DNA from: Elusimicrobiota bacterium
GTDB taxonomy: Bacteria; Elusimicrobiota; UBA8919
Direction of reading: 5' to 3'
NCBI GenBank assembly: GCA_043816185.1
Contig: JBDRIG010000079.1
Coordinates: 1 to 30,501 of the forward strand
Length of the DNA: 30,501 nt
Below the pieces are notes generated by a model that did not search any database, was not told the DNA's origin, and saw only the letters and a list, made by a program, of their open reading frames with translations. Every line of letters starts with the position of its first letter. The stretch's first letter is position 1. This document shows, in pieces, positions 1 through 9,913 of this stretch. A program made the translations under genes and the position numbers.

Positions 1-1
1 A

Positions 2-331
2 GAAAAATATGGTTCTGGAATAAAAAGAATTTTAAAATCTTTTAGTATTTCTGGATTAAAAATGCCACAGTTTAGCGAAGAGGGTGATGGCTTTTTGGTA
101 ACAGTGCGTGGCACAACCACCCAGAAAGACACCCAGAAAGAAGATATTAATCGTAAAATAATAGATGTAATAAAGAAAGATAAATTTGCAACAAGAGTTT
201 CCCTATCAAAAGTTTTGCAAATAAGTCCAAACACAGTAAAAGAATATCTTGCGAAATTAAAAAAAGAAATGAAAATAAAAAGAATTGGTGGAGACAAAGG
301 TGGTTTTTGGGAAATAATTAAAAGAAATTGA
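2..331 (+). CDS. 3' part of an ATP-binding/HTH protein (HATPase_c_4 + C-terminal winged HTH, RecG-C-like/AlbA_2-associated); 5' end lies outside the window
   Basis: The frame is open from base 2 (EKYGSGIKRI...), upstream of the listed ATG at 62. It has the EKYGSGI motif, a TQKD/TQKE linker repeat and a C-terminal HTH ending IKRIGGDKGGFWEI. Confidence 0.75.
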   Translation, partial: EKYGSGIKRILKSFSISGLKMPQFSEEGDGFLVTVRGTTTQKDTQKEDINRKIIDVIKKDKFATRVSLSKVLQISPNTVKEYLAKLKKEMKIKRIGGDKGGFWEIIKRN

Positions 332-398
332 GAAAGAAAGGAACGAAATTATTTGTTTAATGAAGTCCATTGAGTCATTGGACGTCGCTTGCCTTTCT

Positions 399-438
399 CG
401 TGAACACAAGAACACAAAAACCCGAGAACTCGTGAACG
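399..438. repeat. Degenerate 8-bp tandem repeat, 5 units
   Basis: cgtgaaca-caagaaca-caaaaacc-cgagaact-cgtgaacg in the intergenic region. Confidence 0.7.
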
Positions 439-503
439 CTGTTGCTTTTCACTGTGATGACGGGCTTCTTGATGAGTATGGCACAATATATTAGAGGTGC
501 TTC

Positions 504-1784
504 ATGTCGCTGCGACATAATACATTATGGAACATAACGGGGGCTGGTGTTCCATTCTTAATGGGTGTTGGTACTATTCCATATTTGCTACATCAAATTG
601 GGGTAGAAGCATTTGGTATTCTTACACTTGTATGGACTTTGATCGGGTACTTTAGCCTTTTTGATTTTGGGTTTGGTCGTGCACTTACTCAACAAGTAGC
701 GGCCAATCGCGCGGCGAGACAAATTGAGCAACTACCCAGTTTGGTTAAGACAGGGCTGTTGTTCACATTAGCCACTGGGGTGATTGGCGGCATTTTGTTA
801 TCTGTCATAGCAAATCCACTTGGATTTAAATGGTTGAAAGTAAGTGTATCACTACAACAAAACACTGTTTACTCACTCTTGATTGCATCGCTCGGCATCC
901 CGCTGGCTACACTCACATCTGGACTAAAAGGTGTATTGGAAGCATATGAGGATTTCAAAGATGTTAATATGCTACGATTGTTACTCGGGATTATGAATTT
1001 CGGGTTGCCCGTCTTGAGCGTAATGACTTTTGGTCCTTCACTGTCTATGATGGTGTTCAGTTTAGTCGTAGCCAGATTTGTGGTATTAGTTGCACATATG
1101 TATTTAGTGGACAAAAAACTACCATTTGGTTGGATTGGAGCGAAGTTCAATACGAGAAAGATGAATGAGTTGCTTTCGTTTGGCTCATGGATGACTGTAT
1201 CTAATATCGTTAGTCCTTTAATGGTGGTATCTGACAGATTTATTATCTCATCTGTGATGGGCGCAGGAGTAGTCGCTTATTACACAGTGCCTTCTGATTT
1301 TTTGATTCGCATTTTGATTATTCCTGGTGCTCTTGCTGCATCTTTGTTTCCAAGACTTACATCCATGATGATCACAGATCGAAATGGAGCGAGAAGAATA
1401 TATGAAAAGTGCTTAAAGATAACAATTCTTATTATGCTTCCGATTTGTCTGGGTATTGCGATTTTTTCTTATTGTGGTTTATCGCTTTGGCTGGGAAAAG
1501 GTTTTGCACAAAATTCTTGGAAAATTGCCTCACTTCTATCCGTTGGATTGTTACTGAATGGTATAGCTCAAATACCCTTTGCCGCAGTTCAATCTGTGGG
1601 GAATGCTCGGGCAACTGCATTTTTACATTTAGGAGAATTTGTATTATACGTTCCCCTTTTGCTTGTGTTTTTACATTATTTTGGATTGATTGGGGTTGCT
1701 ATCGCATGGGTTATACGAGTTGGAGCCGACTTGATGATTTTACTTATGTATGCGAAAAAATACACACAGAGCATATTAATTTAA
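504..1784 (+). CDS. wzx: O-antigen flippase (Wzx/RfbX family)
   Basis: 426 aa with about 12 hydrophobic segments. Motifs N-terminal NTLWNI.G, G..AFG, FDFGFGRA and DRFII...G...VAYY. Upstream RBS GAGG. Confidence 0.9.
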   Translation: MSLRHNTLWNITGAGVPFLMGVGTIPYLLHQIGVEAFGILTLVWTLIGYFSLFDFGFGRALTQQVAANRAARQIEQLPSLVKTGLLFTLATGVIGGILLSVIANPLGFKWLKVSVSLQQNTVYSLLIASLGIPLATLTSGLKGVLEAYEDFKDVNMLRLLLGIMNFGLPVLSVMTFGPSLSMMVFSLVVARFVVLVAHMYLVDKKLPFGWIGAKFNTRKMNELLSFGSWMTVSNIVSPLMVVSDRFIISSVMGAGVVAYYTVPSDFLIRILIIPGALAASLFPRLTSMMITDRNGARRIYEKCLKITILIMLPICLGIAIFSYCGLSLWLGKGFAQNSWKIASLLSVGLLLNGIAQIPFAAVQSVGNARATAFLHLGEFVLYVPLLLVFLHYFGLIGVAIAWVIRVGADLMILLMYAKKYTQSILI

Positions 1785-2629
1785 TGGGAATAAATGTGAA
1801 TAAAAAAATTGCAATAGGAGTGGTTGCTTACAAACCAAGTACAAATCTAACGATCAGATTACAAAGTGCGATAGATTTTGGGTTTTCGGTATATATTTTT
1901 GACAATAGTCCGAAAGATGAATTAATAAGACAATTCTGTCGTGGATTTGGCAACGATGTTGTTAAATATATTACTTGTGGAAAAAATGTTGGTTTAGGTT
2001 TTGGAATTTCATCTGTTTGTGCTCAAGCATACTATGATTTCTATCCTGCGTTGATATTCTTTGATCAGGATACGGTATTTGACAGTAATACTTTGGATTT
2101 TATTGAAAAATTCTATATTGACAACAATAGCATAGCGTCTAATTATAGTGCGGTTGTGTTTAATTCCAAAAATTCTGGTGATGCAGATGTTGGGAATAGA
2201 TTTATGTTTAAAGATGTTCTGCTGGCAATAAATAGTGGAAGTTTATATTTTCTGGAAAATCTTAATAAATTGAATTGGCATAATGAAAAATATTTTGTTG
2301 ATTGCGTGGATTATGAGTTTTGCCTTAATTCCAACAACAATGGTTTAAAAATTGGAGAGTGTTCAATGATACCAGGTTTTGACCATGAGTTGGAGCAACC
2401 TGATGTTAAATATGTGATATTGGGAAATGAAAGACTGTTGCGAAAGTATTCTGCAAATAGAATTTTTGATGCTACATCTGCAAGCGTGAAGTTGTTGTTC
2501 GCTTCAATTAGAACCAGAAACTTTTTATTTTCTTATGCAATTATTCGTTCACTAATAATATATCTTAACTTTCAATTCATAGTTAGATTAATTAATGTTT
2601 TTAAACCGAAAAAAAGGATACTAAAATGA
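1784..2629 (+). CDS. GT2-family glycosyltransferase (rhamnosyltransferase-like)
   Basis: VVAYKP, DNS, NVGLG, FFDQDT, INSGS and FVDCVDYEFC motifs. Start reassigned to ATG 1784, which overlaps the wzx stop (TAATG). GTG 1796 is an alternative start. Confidence 0.8.
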   Translation: MGINVNKKIAIGVVAYKPSTNLTIRLQSAIDFGFSVYIFDNSPKDELIRQFCRGFGNDVVKYITCGKNVGLGFGISSVCAQAYYDFYPALIFFDQDTVFDSNTLDFIEKFYIDNNSIASNYSAVVFNSKNSGDADVGNRFMFKDVLLAINSGSLYFLENLNKLNWHNEKYFVDCVDYEFCLNSNNNGLKIGECSMIPGFDHELEQPDVKYVILGNERLLRKYSANRIFDATSASVKLLFASIRTRNFLFSYAIIRSLIIYLNFQFIVRLINVFKPKKRILK

Positions 2630-3855
2630 CGATAAACGATAAAAAGGAATACACAGTTTTTACAGTGTGTAATTTGGCTTATCTGCCTAAAGTATTAGTT
2701 CTTGCAGAATCGTTGTTAAAATTTGATAATGATAAGTTAAAAATATATCTAATAGACAGAAAAGTAGATATTGATCTTTCAGAAATACATGCTGATATAT
2801 TTTGGATTGAAGATATGGGCATTCCAAACTTTTATGAGTTGGCATTTAAGTATGACATAACAGAGTTGAGCACAAGTTTAAAGCCGTGTCTCACACTAAG
2901 GTTATTAAAGCAATTTGAAAAGGTAATTTTTTTAGATTCCGATACATGTTTATACCATTCGGTTGAACCAATTTTAAGTGATTTGGACAACCATTCGATT
3001 GTTTTAACTCCGCATTATACAACACCACAATCTGACGATTTATCGGAAAGTGATATTGGTATGATGAGATTTGGTTCATTTAATCTGGGTTTTTATGCGG
3101 TAAAGAATTCCGAACAAGGTATTTATTTTTTAACTTGGTGGTCTGATAGATGTTTGCGTTTCGGCTTTTTTGAAACGCAATTTGGATTGTCTACAGATCA
3201 GAAGTGGGTCAGTGTTGCCCCCTGTTTTTTTAAAGATTTACATATTTCATTTAACTTAGGATATAACGTTGCGTTTTGGAATGTTCATGAGAGATCGTTA
3301 AAAAGAGATAATGATCATGAAGGTTGTTATCTTGTAAATGACATATATCCTCTCATTTTCTTTCACTTCAGTTCTTTCGATGAGTCTAATCCAGAATATT
3401 TAAGCAAAAGACCGTTTTCTGAGAAGCAAAAAAAGCGAGCAGACCTTCTTGAATTAAGTAAAGCATACAAGCAATCACTGTATACAAAAAAAATAGATGC
3501 ATCATTAGTAAAATACGGATTTGATTATACGTCTGATGGGGAATATATATCCCCAACGCTGCGACGTGCATATGCATGTGTTTTGAGTGAACTTCCGTCT
3601 AATCGCGATCCGTTTGACTCAAAAGGCATAGTCGGCGTTTTTGCAAGGAGAAATTTTCTTTTTGAAAAGAGTTCTGTTCCATATGTGTCAAATACCTATA
3701 GTGACATACCTAATCATAAACGCAAATTTGCAGCTATATATTTCGTAATGCGGGTCATTTTGCGCTTAATTGGACCTAATAAATTCAGTAATCTTTCGAG
3801 GCTATTGGTTTATTTGTCAAGCTATAGGCAAAATCGTGGGTTGTGGAAGTATTAA
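2626..3855 (+). CDS. Glycosyltransferase (GT-A fold, GT8-like)
   Basis: FTVC..YLP...LA.SL, Y.ITELST.LKP, FLDSD (DxD), LTPH, FNLGF, DQKW, YNVA.WN, FFHFS. ATGA overlap with the upstream gene. Confidence 0.8.
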   Translation: MTINDKKEYTVFTVCNLAYLPKVLVLAESLLKFDNDKLKIYLIDRKVDIDLSEIHADIFWIEDMGIPNFYELAFKYDITELSTSLKPCLTLRLLKQFEKVIFLDSDTCLYHSVEPILSDLDNHSIVLTPHYTTPQSDDLSESDIGMMRFGSFNLGFYAVKNSEQGIYFLTWWSDRCLRFGFFETQFGLSTDQKWVSVAPCFFKDLHISFNLGYNVAFWNVHERSLKRDNDHEGCYLVNDIYPLIFFHFSSFDESNPEYLSKRPFSEKQKKRADLLELSKAYKQSLYTKKIDASLVKYGFDYTSDGEYISPTLRRAYACVLSELPSNRDPFDSKGIVGVFARRNFLFEKSSVPYVSNTYSDIPNHKRKFAAIYFVMRVILRLIGPNKFSNLSRLLVYLSSYRQNRGLWKY

Positions 3856-3880
3856 ATAGAGGTTTTGTCATGATTACTTT

Positions 3881-5164
3881 ATGACTAATAACATTTCAGA
3901 CAGTGACACACCAGCAGTGGATAAGACCATACGATTAAATCAATGGTTCCAAAATATAAGCATAACAGCTATTTTTAATTTCTTTTTTTATGCAATAATA
4001 TTGATGGCACCCTTAGTAGTTTATGGAGTTTCTATAGCCGGTATAAGCGTGCGGCCCAGCAGAATATTAATTATTTTAATAATACCTGTTTTGTTACTGA
4101 GAATAATGAAGAAACCTATTTTAATAGTGCGTGATAATTTTTTTATTTTTGGTATTTTGCCATATTTGGTATATACCACAATTTCGGTAATCTGGTCTCC
4201 GAATGTTGAAACTGGAGCCAGCATTTCAAGATTAGGCGGATTATATGAAATAATAATAATATATATTGTTTTTATGGCAGCTGATTTGAATGCTGCAAGA
4301 TTTGAAAAATTTGTGAAATACTATGTTCTAAGCGCGTTAATCCCGTTGGGTTGTAGCATGTGGCAATTATTAAACAATGTACTGCATTTTAGTCAAACAG
4401 AACTTCCATTTAGAAATTTTTTAATTGAAGGGAAATATACTGAAGTTTTTGAAGGCCGTTATTTTGTAGCCGCCGGTGAATTTTCAAGGCTTTCAGCCAC
4501 CTTTGCTGAGCCTGTAATATTCGGGGGTTTTATATGCAGTGTATTATTGCTTAGTTTTTTATTAGATTATAAGAATTATTTTTCATTAATTATAATTAGA
4601 TTATTTCAAATTGTCGCGTTTGTTGCCATGGTATTGACGATTTCAAAATTAGCTTTAGTAACTTTTACAATAGGAATTCTATTTATAAGCCGGAAAAATA
4701 AGAAGTATCTTTTATTATTTTTTGCTGGTTTATTTATTATTATGGGAGTAATGGCCTATTATAATATGCTAAATGTATTTGACAGGATTTTTAGTGCAAC
4801 CGGGCATTATGCAAGGCTCATGGAATCGTTTGAACAGATAAAAGATCAAAATTTAATAACTGGTGAAGGTATTGGTAGTGTGCCATACGGTTCATTCCAT
4901 AGGTTTGTGTTGTCGAGGTTTTATGAAAGCGGGATCATTGGCTTGATATTTGTATTTTTTGTTTCTATTATTCCATTCAAACTTTTATATAGGAAAATTA
5001 CTGATGTTAGATTACTGAAAATCAATAATATATGTGTTGGCGTTATGTTTGCAATTCTTTCCGGGCTGCACTTATACGATTACTTTATTCATCTATTCAC
5101 CTGGATTGTTATTGGGGCCATAATGTCTTTTTATAATAGCAGCAGAGAAATTGCAATTGCGTAA
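3881..5164 (+). CDS. wzy: O-antigen polymerase (Wzy / O-antigen ligase-like membrane protein)
   Basis: Polytopic, very AT-rich membrane protein with RLSATFAEP and GEGIG motifs, located within the wzx cluster. Confidence 0.7.
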   Translation: MTNNISDSDTPAVDKTIRLNQWFQNISITAIFNFFFYAIILMAPLVVYGVSIAGISVRPSRILIILIIPVLLLRIMKKPILIVRDNFFIFGILPYLVYTTISVIWSPNVETGASISRLGGLYEIIIIYIVFMAADLNAARFEKFVKYYVLSALIPLGCSMWQLLNNVLHFSQTELPFRNFLIEGKYTEVFEGRYFVAAGEFSRLSATFAEPVIFGGFICSVLLLSFLLDYKNYFSLIIIRLFQIVAFVAMVLTISKLALVTFTIGILFISRKNKKYLLLFFAGLFIIMGVMAYYNMLNVFDRIFSATGHYARLMESFEQIKDQNLITGEGIGSVPYGSFHRFVLSRFYESGIIGLIFVFFVSIIPFKLLYRKITDVRLLKINNICVGVMFAILSGLHLYDYFIHLFTWIVIGAIMSFYNSSREIAIA

Positions 5165-5173
5165 TTTAAAATC

Positions 5174-5281
5174 ATGAACGCATTAATAATTTCCTTAAAT
5201 TTCAATCCTGGGCATTTTTCACATCTAACAGCGAATTATAATCTATTTAAGGATTGTGGTTTTTCAGCAGACACTAAGTAA
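5174..5281 (+). pseudogene. Truncated N-terminus of a probable glycosyltransferase (35 aa)
   Basis: MNALIISLNFNPGHFSHLTANYNLFKDCGFSADTK* starts 9 nt after the wzy stop. It resembles the first beta-strand/helix of a GT-B enzyme and ends abruptly before fnlA. Confidence 0.55.
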
Positions 5282-5304
5282 AGAATATCATATGGGAGTG
5301 AAAA

Positions 5305-6321
5305 ATGTTTAAAAATAAAATTCTGTTAATTACTGGTGGGACGGGTTCGTTTGGCAATACTGTTGTAAATAAATTTTTACATACTGATGTAGAAGAAATA
5401 AGGATTTTCAGCCGAGACGAAAAAAAACAGGATGATATGAGAAATTTGTATCATAATGATAAATTAAAGTTTTATATCGGCGATGTAAGGGATTTTGATA
5501 GTATAAATTCAGCGATGTCCGGCGTTAATTATGTTTTTCATTCAGCGGCTCTAAAACAAGTACCGTCGTGTGAGTTCTTTCCTTTGGAAGCGGTGCAGAC
5601 GAATATCTTAGGGACTGAAAATGTCCTGAACGCCGCCGTTACTAACAATGTAAGTAAAGTTATTGTTTTAAGCACCGACAAAGCGGTTTATCCTGTTAAC
5701 GCAATGGGTATGTCAAAGGCGTTGATGGAAAAGGTGATGGTTGCAAAATCTAGAACTGTAAGTAAAAAAGGGATACTGTTGTGCGGAACTCGTTATGGTA
5801 ATGTTATAGCATCGCGTGGTTCGGTTATTCCACTTTTTGTTTCTCTTATCAAGCAGGGGAAACAATTAACAGTAACAGATTCTAATATGACAAGATTTAT
5901 AATGTCATTAGATAATGCTGTTAATTTGGTTTTGTACGCTTTTAAGAATGCAAATCCTGGTGATATTTTTGTCCAAAAGGCACCATCTTGTACAGTAGGT
6001 GACTTAGCTATTGCCGTTAAAGAACTTTTTAACGCAAAGAATGAAATAAAAATAATCGGAATTCGGCACGGCGAAAAATTATATGAGACATTATTAAATC
6101 GTGAAGAAATGGCGAGGGCGGAAGATTTGGGGGAATATTATCGCATTTCTGCTGATACAAGGGACTTAAATTATAATAAATATTTTATTGAGGGAGAGAA
6201 ACAAATATCTAAAATTGATGACTATAATTCAGATAATACTAAACTATTGACTGTTAAAGAAATTAAAGAAATATTGCTTAAAGTTGAGTATGTTCAAAAG
6301 GAATTAAAGGAATGGAAATGA
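5305..6321 (+). CDS. fnlA: UDP-GlcNAc 4,6-dehydratase/5-epimerase (FnlA/WbjB/CapE)
   Basis: LITGGTGSFG, FSRDEKKQDDMR, AALKQVPSCEFFP, STDKAVYP.NAMG.SKA, IGIRHGEKLYE. Confidence 0.95.
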   Translation: MFKNKILLITGGTGSFGNTVVNKFLHTDVEEIRIFSRDEKKQDDMRNLYHNDKLKFYIGDVRDFDSINSAMSGVNYVFHSAALKQVPSCEFFPLEAVQTNILGTENVLNAAVTNNVSKVIVLSTDKAVYPVNAMGMSKALMEKVMVAKSRTVSKKGILLCGTRYGNVIASRGSVIPLFVSLIKQGKQLTVTDSNMTRFIMSLDNAVNLVLYAFKNANPGDIFVQKAPSCTVGDLAIAVKELFNAKNEIKIIGIRHGEKLYETLLNREEMARAEDLGEYYRISADTRDLNYNKYFIEGEKQISKIDDYNSDNTKLLTVKEIKEILLKVEYVQKELKEWK

Positions 6322-7442
6322 AAAATATTCTAGTATTGGGTTCAGATGGGTTTATTGGAAAGAATTTATTTGCCGAACTTAAAAGATTGCCAGATATAAA
6401 AATAAATAAATTTGATATTGACAGCGACGATAAACAGTTAGAGTATTACTTGAAAGAATCGGATATTGTTTTTCACTTGGCTGGAGTAAATAGACCACAG
6501 AAAATTGAAGAGTTTGAAACAGGGAATGTTGTTCTTACGCAAACCATAATTGAAACCTTAGAAAAACTTAAAAGAAATCCGTCTATTGTTTTTACATCTT
6601 CTATTCAAGCAGAACTGGATAATCCATATGGAATTAGTAAAAGAAAAGCGGAAGATATTTTAATTGAATATAGTAAAAAAAGTGGGGCGAAAATTTATAT
6701 TTGTCGTTTCCCGAATGTATTTGGAAAATGGTGTAGGCCAAATTATAATTCAGTTGTATCTACTTTTTGTCATAACATTACACGCGGACTTGATATTGAA
6801 ATATCGGATGTTAATAAAGAAATAGAACTTATTTATATCGATGATATTGTGAGTGAATTTATGGATATAGTTTTAGACAAGTATTATTCAAATACAAATA
6901 ACTATTGCAAATTGAAACAGACATTTAATATAACATTAGGGAAACTTGCCGAAAAGATATATCAGATGAGAGATGTCCGAAAAAATCTCACTGTCCCGGA
7001 TTTTTCTGATGAGTTTACCCGATGTTTGTATGCTACCTACCTTTCCTACTTGCCTCAGGATAAGTTTTCTTATAATTTAGAACTCAAGACAGACCAGCGA
7101 GGGTCTCTTGCTGAAATACTTAAATCACCTCACTTCGGTCAGATATTTGTTTCAAAAACGAAAAAAGGAATTGTTCGTGGAAATCATTACCACAATACCA
7201 AGATTGAAAAATTTTGTGTGATTCAGGGGAAAGCGGTAATTAAATTTAGACACATTTTAGAGGATAAAATAATTTCATATCAGGTTTCAGGCGAGGATAT
7301 TAAAATAGTAGACATTCCTCCGGGATATACACATTCAATTGAAAATACAGGTAACGATGAGTTGATTGTTCTGTTCTGGGCTGATGAAATATTTAACTCG
7401 CAAAATCCCGACACTTATTTTGAGGAGGTTGGCAATGGATAA
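6312..7442 (+). CDS. fnlB: UDP-2-acetamido-2,6-dideoxy-hexulose reductase/epimerase (FnlB/WbjC/CapF), SDR + cupin
   Basis: G..GFIGKNL, HLAGVNRP, NPYG.SK, PNVFGKWCRPNYNS, and a cupin with GNHYHNTK.EKF and IPPGYTHSIEN. Confidence 0.95.
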   Translation: MEMKNILVLGSDGFIGKNLFAELKRLPDIKINKFDIDSDDKQLEYYLKESDIVFHLAGVNRPQKIEEFETGNVVLTQTIIETLEKLKRNPSIVFTSSIQAELDNPYGISKRKAEDILIEYSKKSGAKIYICRFPNVFGKWCRPNYNSVVSTFCHNITRGLDIEISDVNKEIELIYIDDIVSEFMDIVLDKYYSNTNNYCKLKQTFNITLGKLAEKIYQMRDVRKNLTVPDFSDEFTRCLYATYLSYLPQDKFSYNLELKTDQRGSLAEILKSPHFGQIFVSKTKKGIVRGNHYHNTKIEKFCVIQGKAVIKFRHILEDKIISYQVSGEDIKIVDIPPGYTHSIENTGNDELIVLFWADEIFNSQNPDTYFEEVGNG

Positions 7443-8568
7443 AATTAAGGTAATGACCATTTTGGGAACGCGACCAGAAATTATAAGATTGTCGCAAGTT
7501 ATGAAGAAGTTGGATGAATATACAAAGCATATTATTGTCCATACAGGGCAAAATTACGATTATGAACTCAATGAGATTTTTTTTAAGGATTTGGATATTC
7601 GTAAGCCGGATTATTTTCTAAAAGTTGACTGTTCTACTTTGGGGAAAGCATATGGAAATATTCTTATTAAGTCCGAAGAAGTATTTGCGAGGGAAAAACC
7701 GGATGCCGTTTTGATACTTGGCGATACGAACAGTTCTATATCCGCTCTGATGGCGAAAAGGTTGAAAATACCGATTTACCATATGGAAGCAGGAAACCGC
7801 TGTTTTGATTTTAATGTCCCCGAAGAAATTAACAGACGAATTATTGACCATATAAGTGATTTTAACCTTGTCTACACGGAACATGCGAGAAGGAATTTAT
7901 TGCTTGAGGGCGTTCATTCGAGAAAAATTTATCTTACCGGCTCTCCTATGAAAGAAGTTCTTTTGCATAATATGGATAAAATTCACAATTCATCGATAAT
8001 GGCGGAATTAAAATTAAAGAAAGAGAAATATTTTCTAATTAGTATGCATCGTGAAGAAAATGTAGATAATAAAAATCATTTAAAGATATTGTTGGCTACG
8101 CTGGAATTACTTTATAAAAAATATAAGTTACCTATAATAGTTTCAACACATCCGAGAACGCGGAAACGGATTGAAATGTTTCCCGGTATGAAAAAAAACG
8201 ATAAAATATGTTTTTTGAAGCCGTTTGGATATTTTGATTATGTTAATTTACAGATGAATTCGCTTTGTGTTATTTCGGATAGCGGTAGTATTAGCGAGGA
8301 GGCGTCCATTTTGTCATTTCCCGCAATTACCGTTCGCAATGCAATAGAAAGGCCCGAAGCGATAGATACAGGTGGTATTATAGTAACGGGCATAAATACT
8401 CAGACCATTTTACAATCTATTGAGTTGGTGATTAAAGAAAGAAATAAATCTAGTACAGTTCCTCATGATTATGAAATTACTGATGTATCTCACCGCGTTG
8501 TAAAACTAATCGTTGGGACTGCCAAACTGAGTCATCTATGGGATGGGATAGTAAAAAACACGGCATGA
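7435..8568 (+). CDS. fnlC: UDP-2-acetamido-2,6-dideoxy-L-talose 2-epimerase (FnlC/WbjD/CapG)
   Basis: GTRPEIIRLS, HTGQNYDYEL, LGDTNS, HMEAGNRCFD, HREEN, SDSG. Start set at ATG 7435 after GAGGAGG. Confidence 0.95.
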   Translation: MDKIKVMTILGTRPEIIRLSQVMKKLDEYTKHIIVHTGQNYDYELNEIFFKDLDIRKPDYFLKVDCSTLGKAYGNILIKSEEVFAREKPDAVLILGDTNSSISALMAKRLKIPIYHMEAGNRCFDFNVPEEINRRIIDHISDFNLVYTEHARRNLLLEGVHSRKIYLTGSPMKEVLLHNMDKIHNSSIMAELKLKKEKYFLISMHREENVDNKNHLKILLATLELLYKKYKLPIIVSTHPRTRKRIEMFPGMKKNDKICFLKPFGYFDYVNLQMNSLCVISDSGSISEEASILSFPAITVRNAIERPEAIDTGGIIVTGINTQTILQSIELVIKERNKSSTVPHDYEITDVSHRVVKLIVGTAKLSHLWDGIVKNTA

Positions 8569-8654
8569 TTCACTATTTACTCTTGAGGCGAAGCCTCTTA
8601 TTTTATCGTATCGGAATTTGAAAGCAGCTGCACCGCCTTGTGGTGCTTTAACTT

Positions 8655-9872
8655 ATGCGGATTTTAATAGTTTCTCAATATTTTTGGCCGGAAAACTTTC
8701 GAGTTAATGATTTGGTTGCAGGTTTAGTGCAAAGAGGGCATCAAGTCACAGTTCTTACAGGAATACCAAATTATCCGGACGGTAAATTCTACTCCGGTTA
8801 TAATTTTTTCAAAAATACTCATCAAAACTATTGTGGATCTCATGTAATTCGTGTTCCGCTTATCCCGCGAGGAAAAGGCGGGAATCTAAATCTGATTCTT
8901 AATTATTTATCTTTTGTTATATTTGGAACATTGATTGCCCCATTTGTTTGTCGTCAAAAATATGATGCTATCTTCGTATATGGCATATCGCCGATTCTCA
9001 TGGCTATTCCCGCCATCTTTTTAAAGAAAATTCGTAAAGCCCCATTACTCTTATATGTATTAGATTTATGGCCAGAGTCTATTTCTGCCGTAGCCGCTAT
9101 TAAGTCATCTTTCTTTTTGAGCGCTGTAAAAAAGATTGTGTATTTTATTTATAAACATTGCGATCAGATTCTTGTTTCCTCTCCTGGTTTTACAGGGCGG
9201 ATTAAGGAAATGGGCATCAATGAATCAAAAATTAATTATTGGCCGCAATGGGCAGAGGATAATTATAAAATAGTTGATCTTGAAGAAAATTCAAGCGAAA
9301 GCCGAGAAATGCCTTCAGGTTTCCGTATTATGTTTGCGGGAAATATTGGTGTTGCACAAGATTTTAAGACAGTTATTAAAGCAGCAGACAAATTAAAAGA
9401 TTATCTTAACATTCATTGGGTTATTATCGGAGATGGACGGATGAAACCTTGGGTAGAAGATCAAGTCCGGCTGCGTAAATTAGAGAATACTGTGCATCTC
9501 ATAGGGAAGCGTCCTGTAGAGACAATGTCAAGATATTTTGCCTTGGCTGATGTGTTGTTGGTTAGTTTAAAAAGGGACCCTATATTTGCTCTTACGCTTC
9601 CGGCGAAGATTCAATCGTATATGGCATGTGGCCGTCCGATTTTAGGGTGTCTTGATGGAGAGGGGGCAAGGGCGATTCAAGAATCAGGAGCGGGATTTTC
9701 GTGTTCTGCTGATGATTACGAGGTACTCTCAAAATGTGTTTTAAAGATGTTTAATCTTACTGATGCAGAAAGAAAAGAAGCAGGTTTACGAGGAAGGGCA
9801 TATTTTGAAAAGTATTTTACGCGGGATATTTTATTGTCACAATTTGAGAAGTGGATTGAAAAAGGATTGTAA
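8655..9872 (+). CDS. wbuB: GT4 glycosyltransferase, WbuB-like (putative L-FucNAc transferase)
   Basis: SQYFWPE.FR.NDL, TG.PNYP.G, DLWPES, FAGNIG.AQ, P.K.QSYMACG.PI. Directly follows fnlABC. Confidence 0.8.
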   Translation: MRILIVSQYFWPENFRVNDLVAGLVQRGHQVTVLTGIPNYPDGKFYSGYNFFKNTHQNYCGSHVIRVPLIPRGKGGNLNLILNYLSFVIFGTLIAPFVCRQKYDAIFVYGISPILMAIPAIFLKKIRKAPLLLYVLDLWPESISAVAAIKSSFFLSAVKKIVYFIYKHCDQILVSSPGFTGRIKEMGINESKINYWPQWAEDNYKIVDLEENSSESREMPSGFRIMFAGNIGVAQDFKTVIKAADKLKDYLNIHWVIIGDGRMKPWVEDQVRLRKLENTVHLIGKRPVETMSRYFALADVLLVSLKRDPIFALTLPAKIQSYMACGRPILGCLDGEGARAIQESGAGFSCSADDYEVLSKCVLKMFNLTDAERKEAGLRGRAYFEKYFTRDILLSQFEKWIEKGL

Positions 9873-9913
9873 AAACGATTGTGAATATATTAGTTAGAAG
9901 TGGAGGGTAGAGA

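Noticed and set aside
332..503. JUMPStart/ops element before wzx
   Set aside because: No GGCGGTAG ops core is found.
1409..1783. 125-aa N-terminal extension of the GT2 ORF
   Set aside because: It overlaps wzx in another frame. GT2 similarity begins only after ATG 1784.
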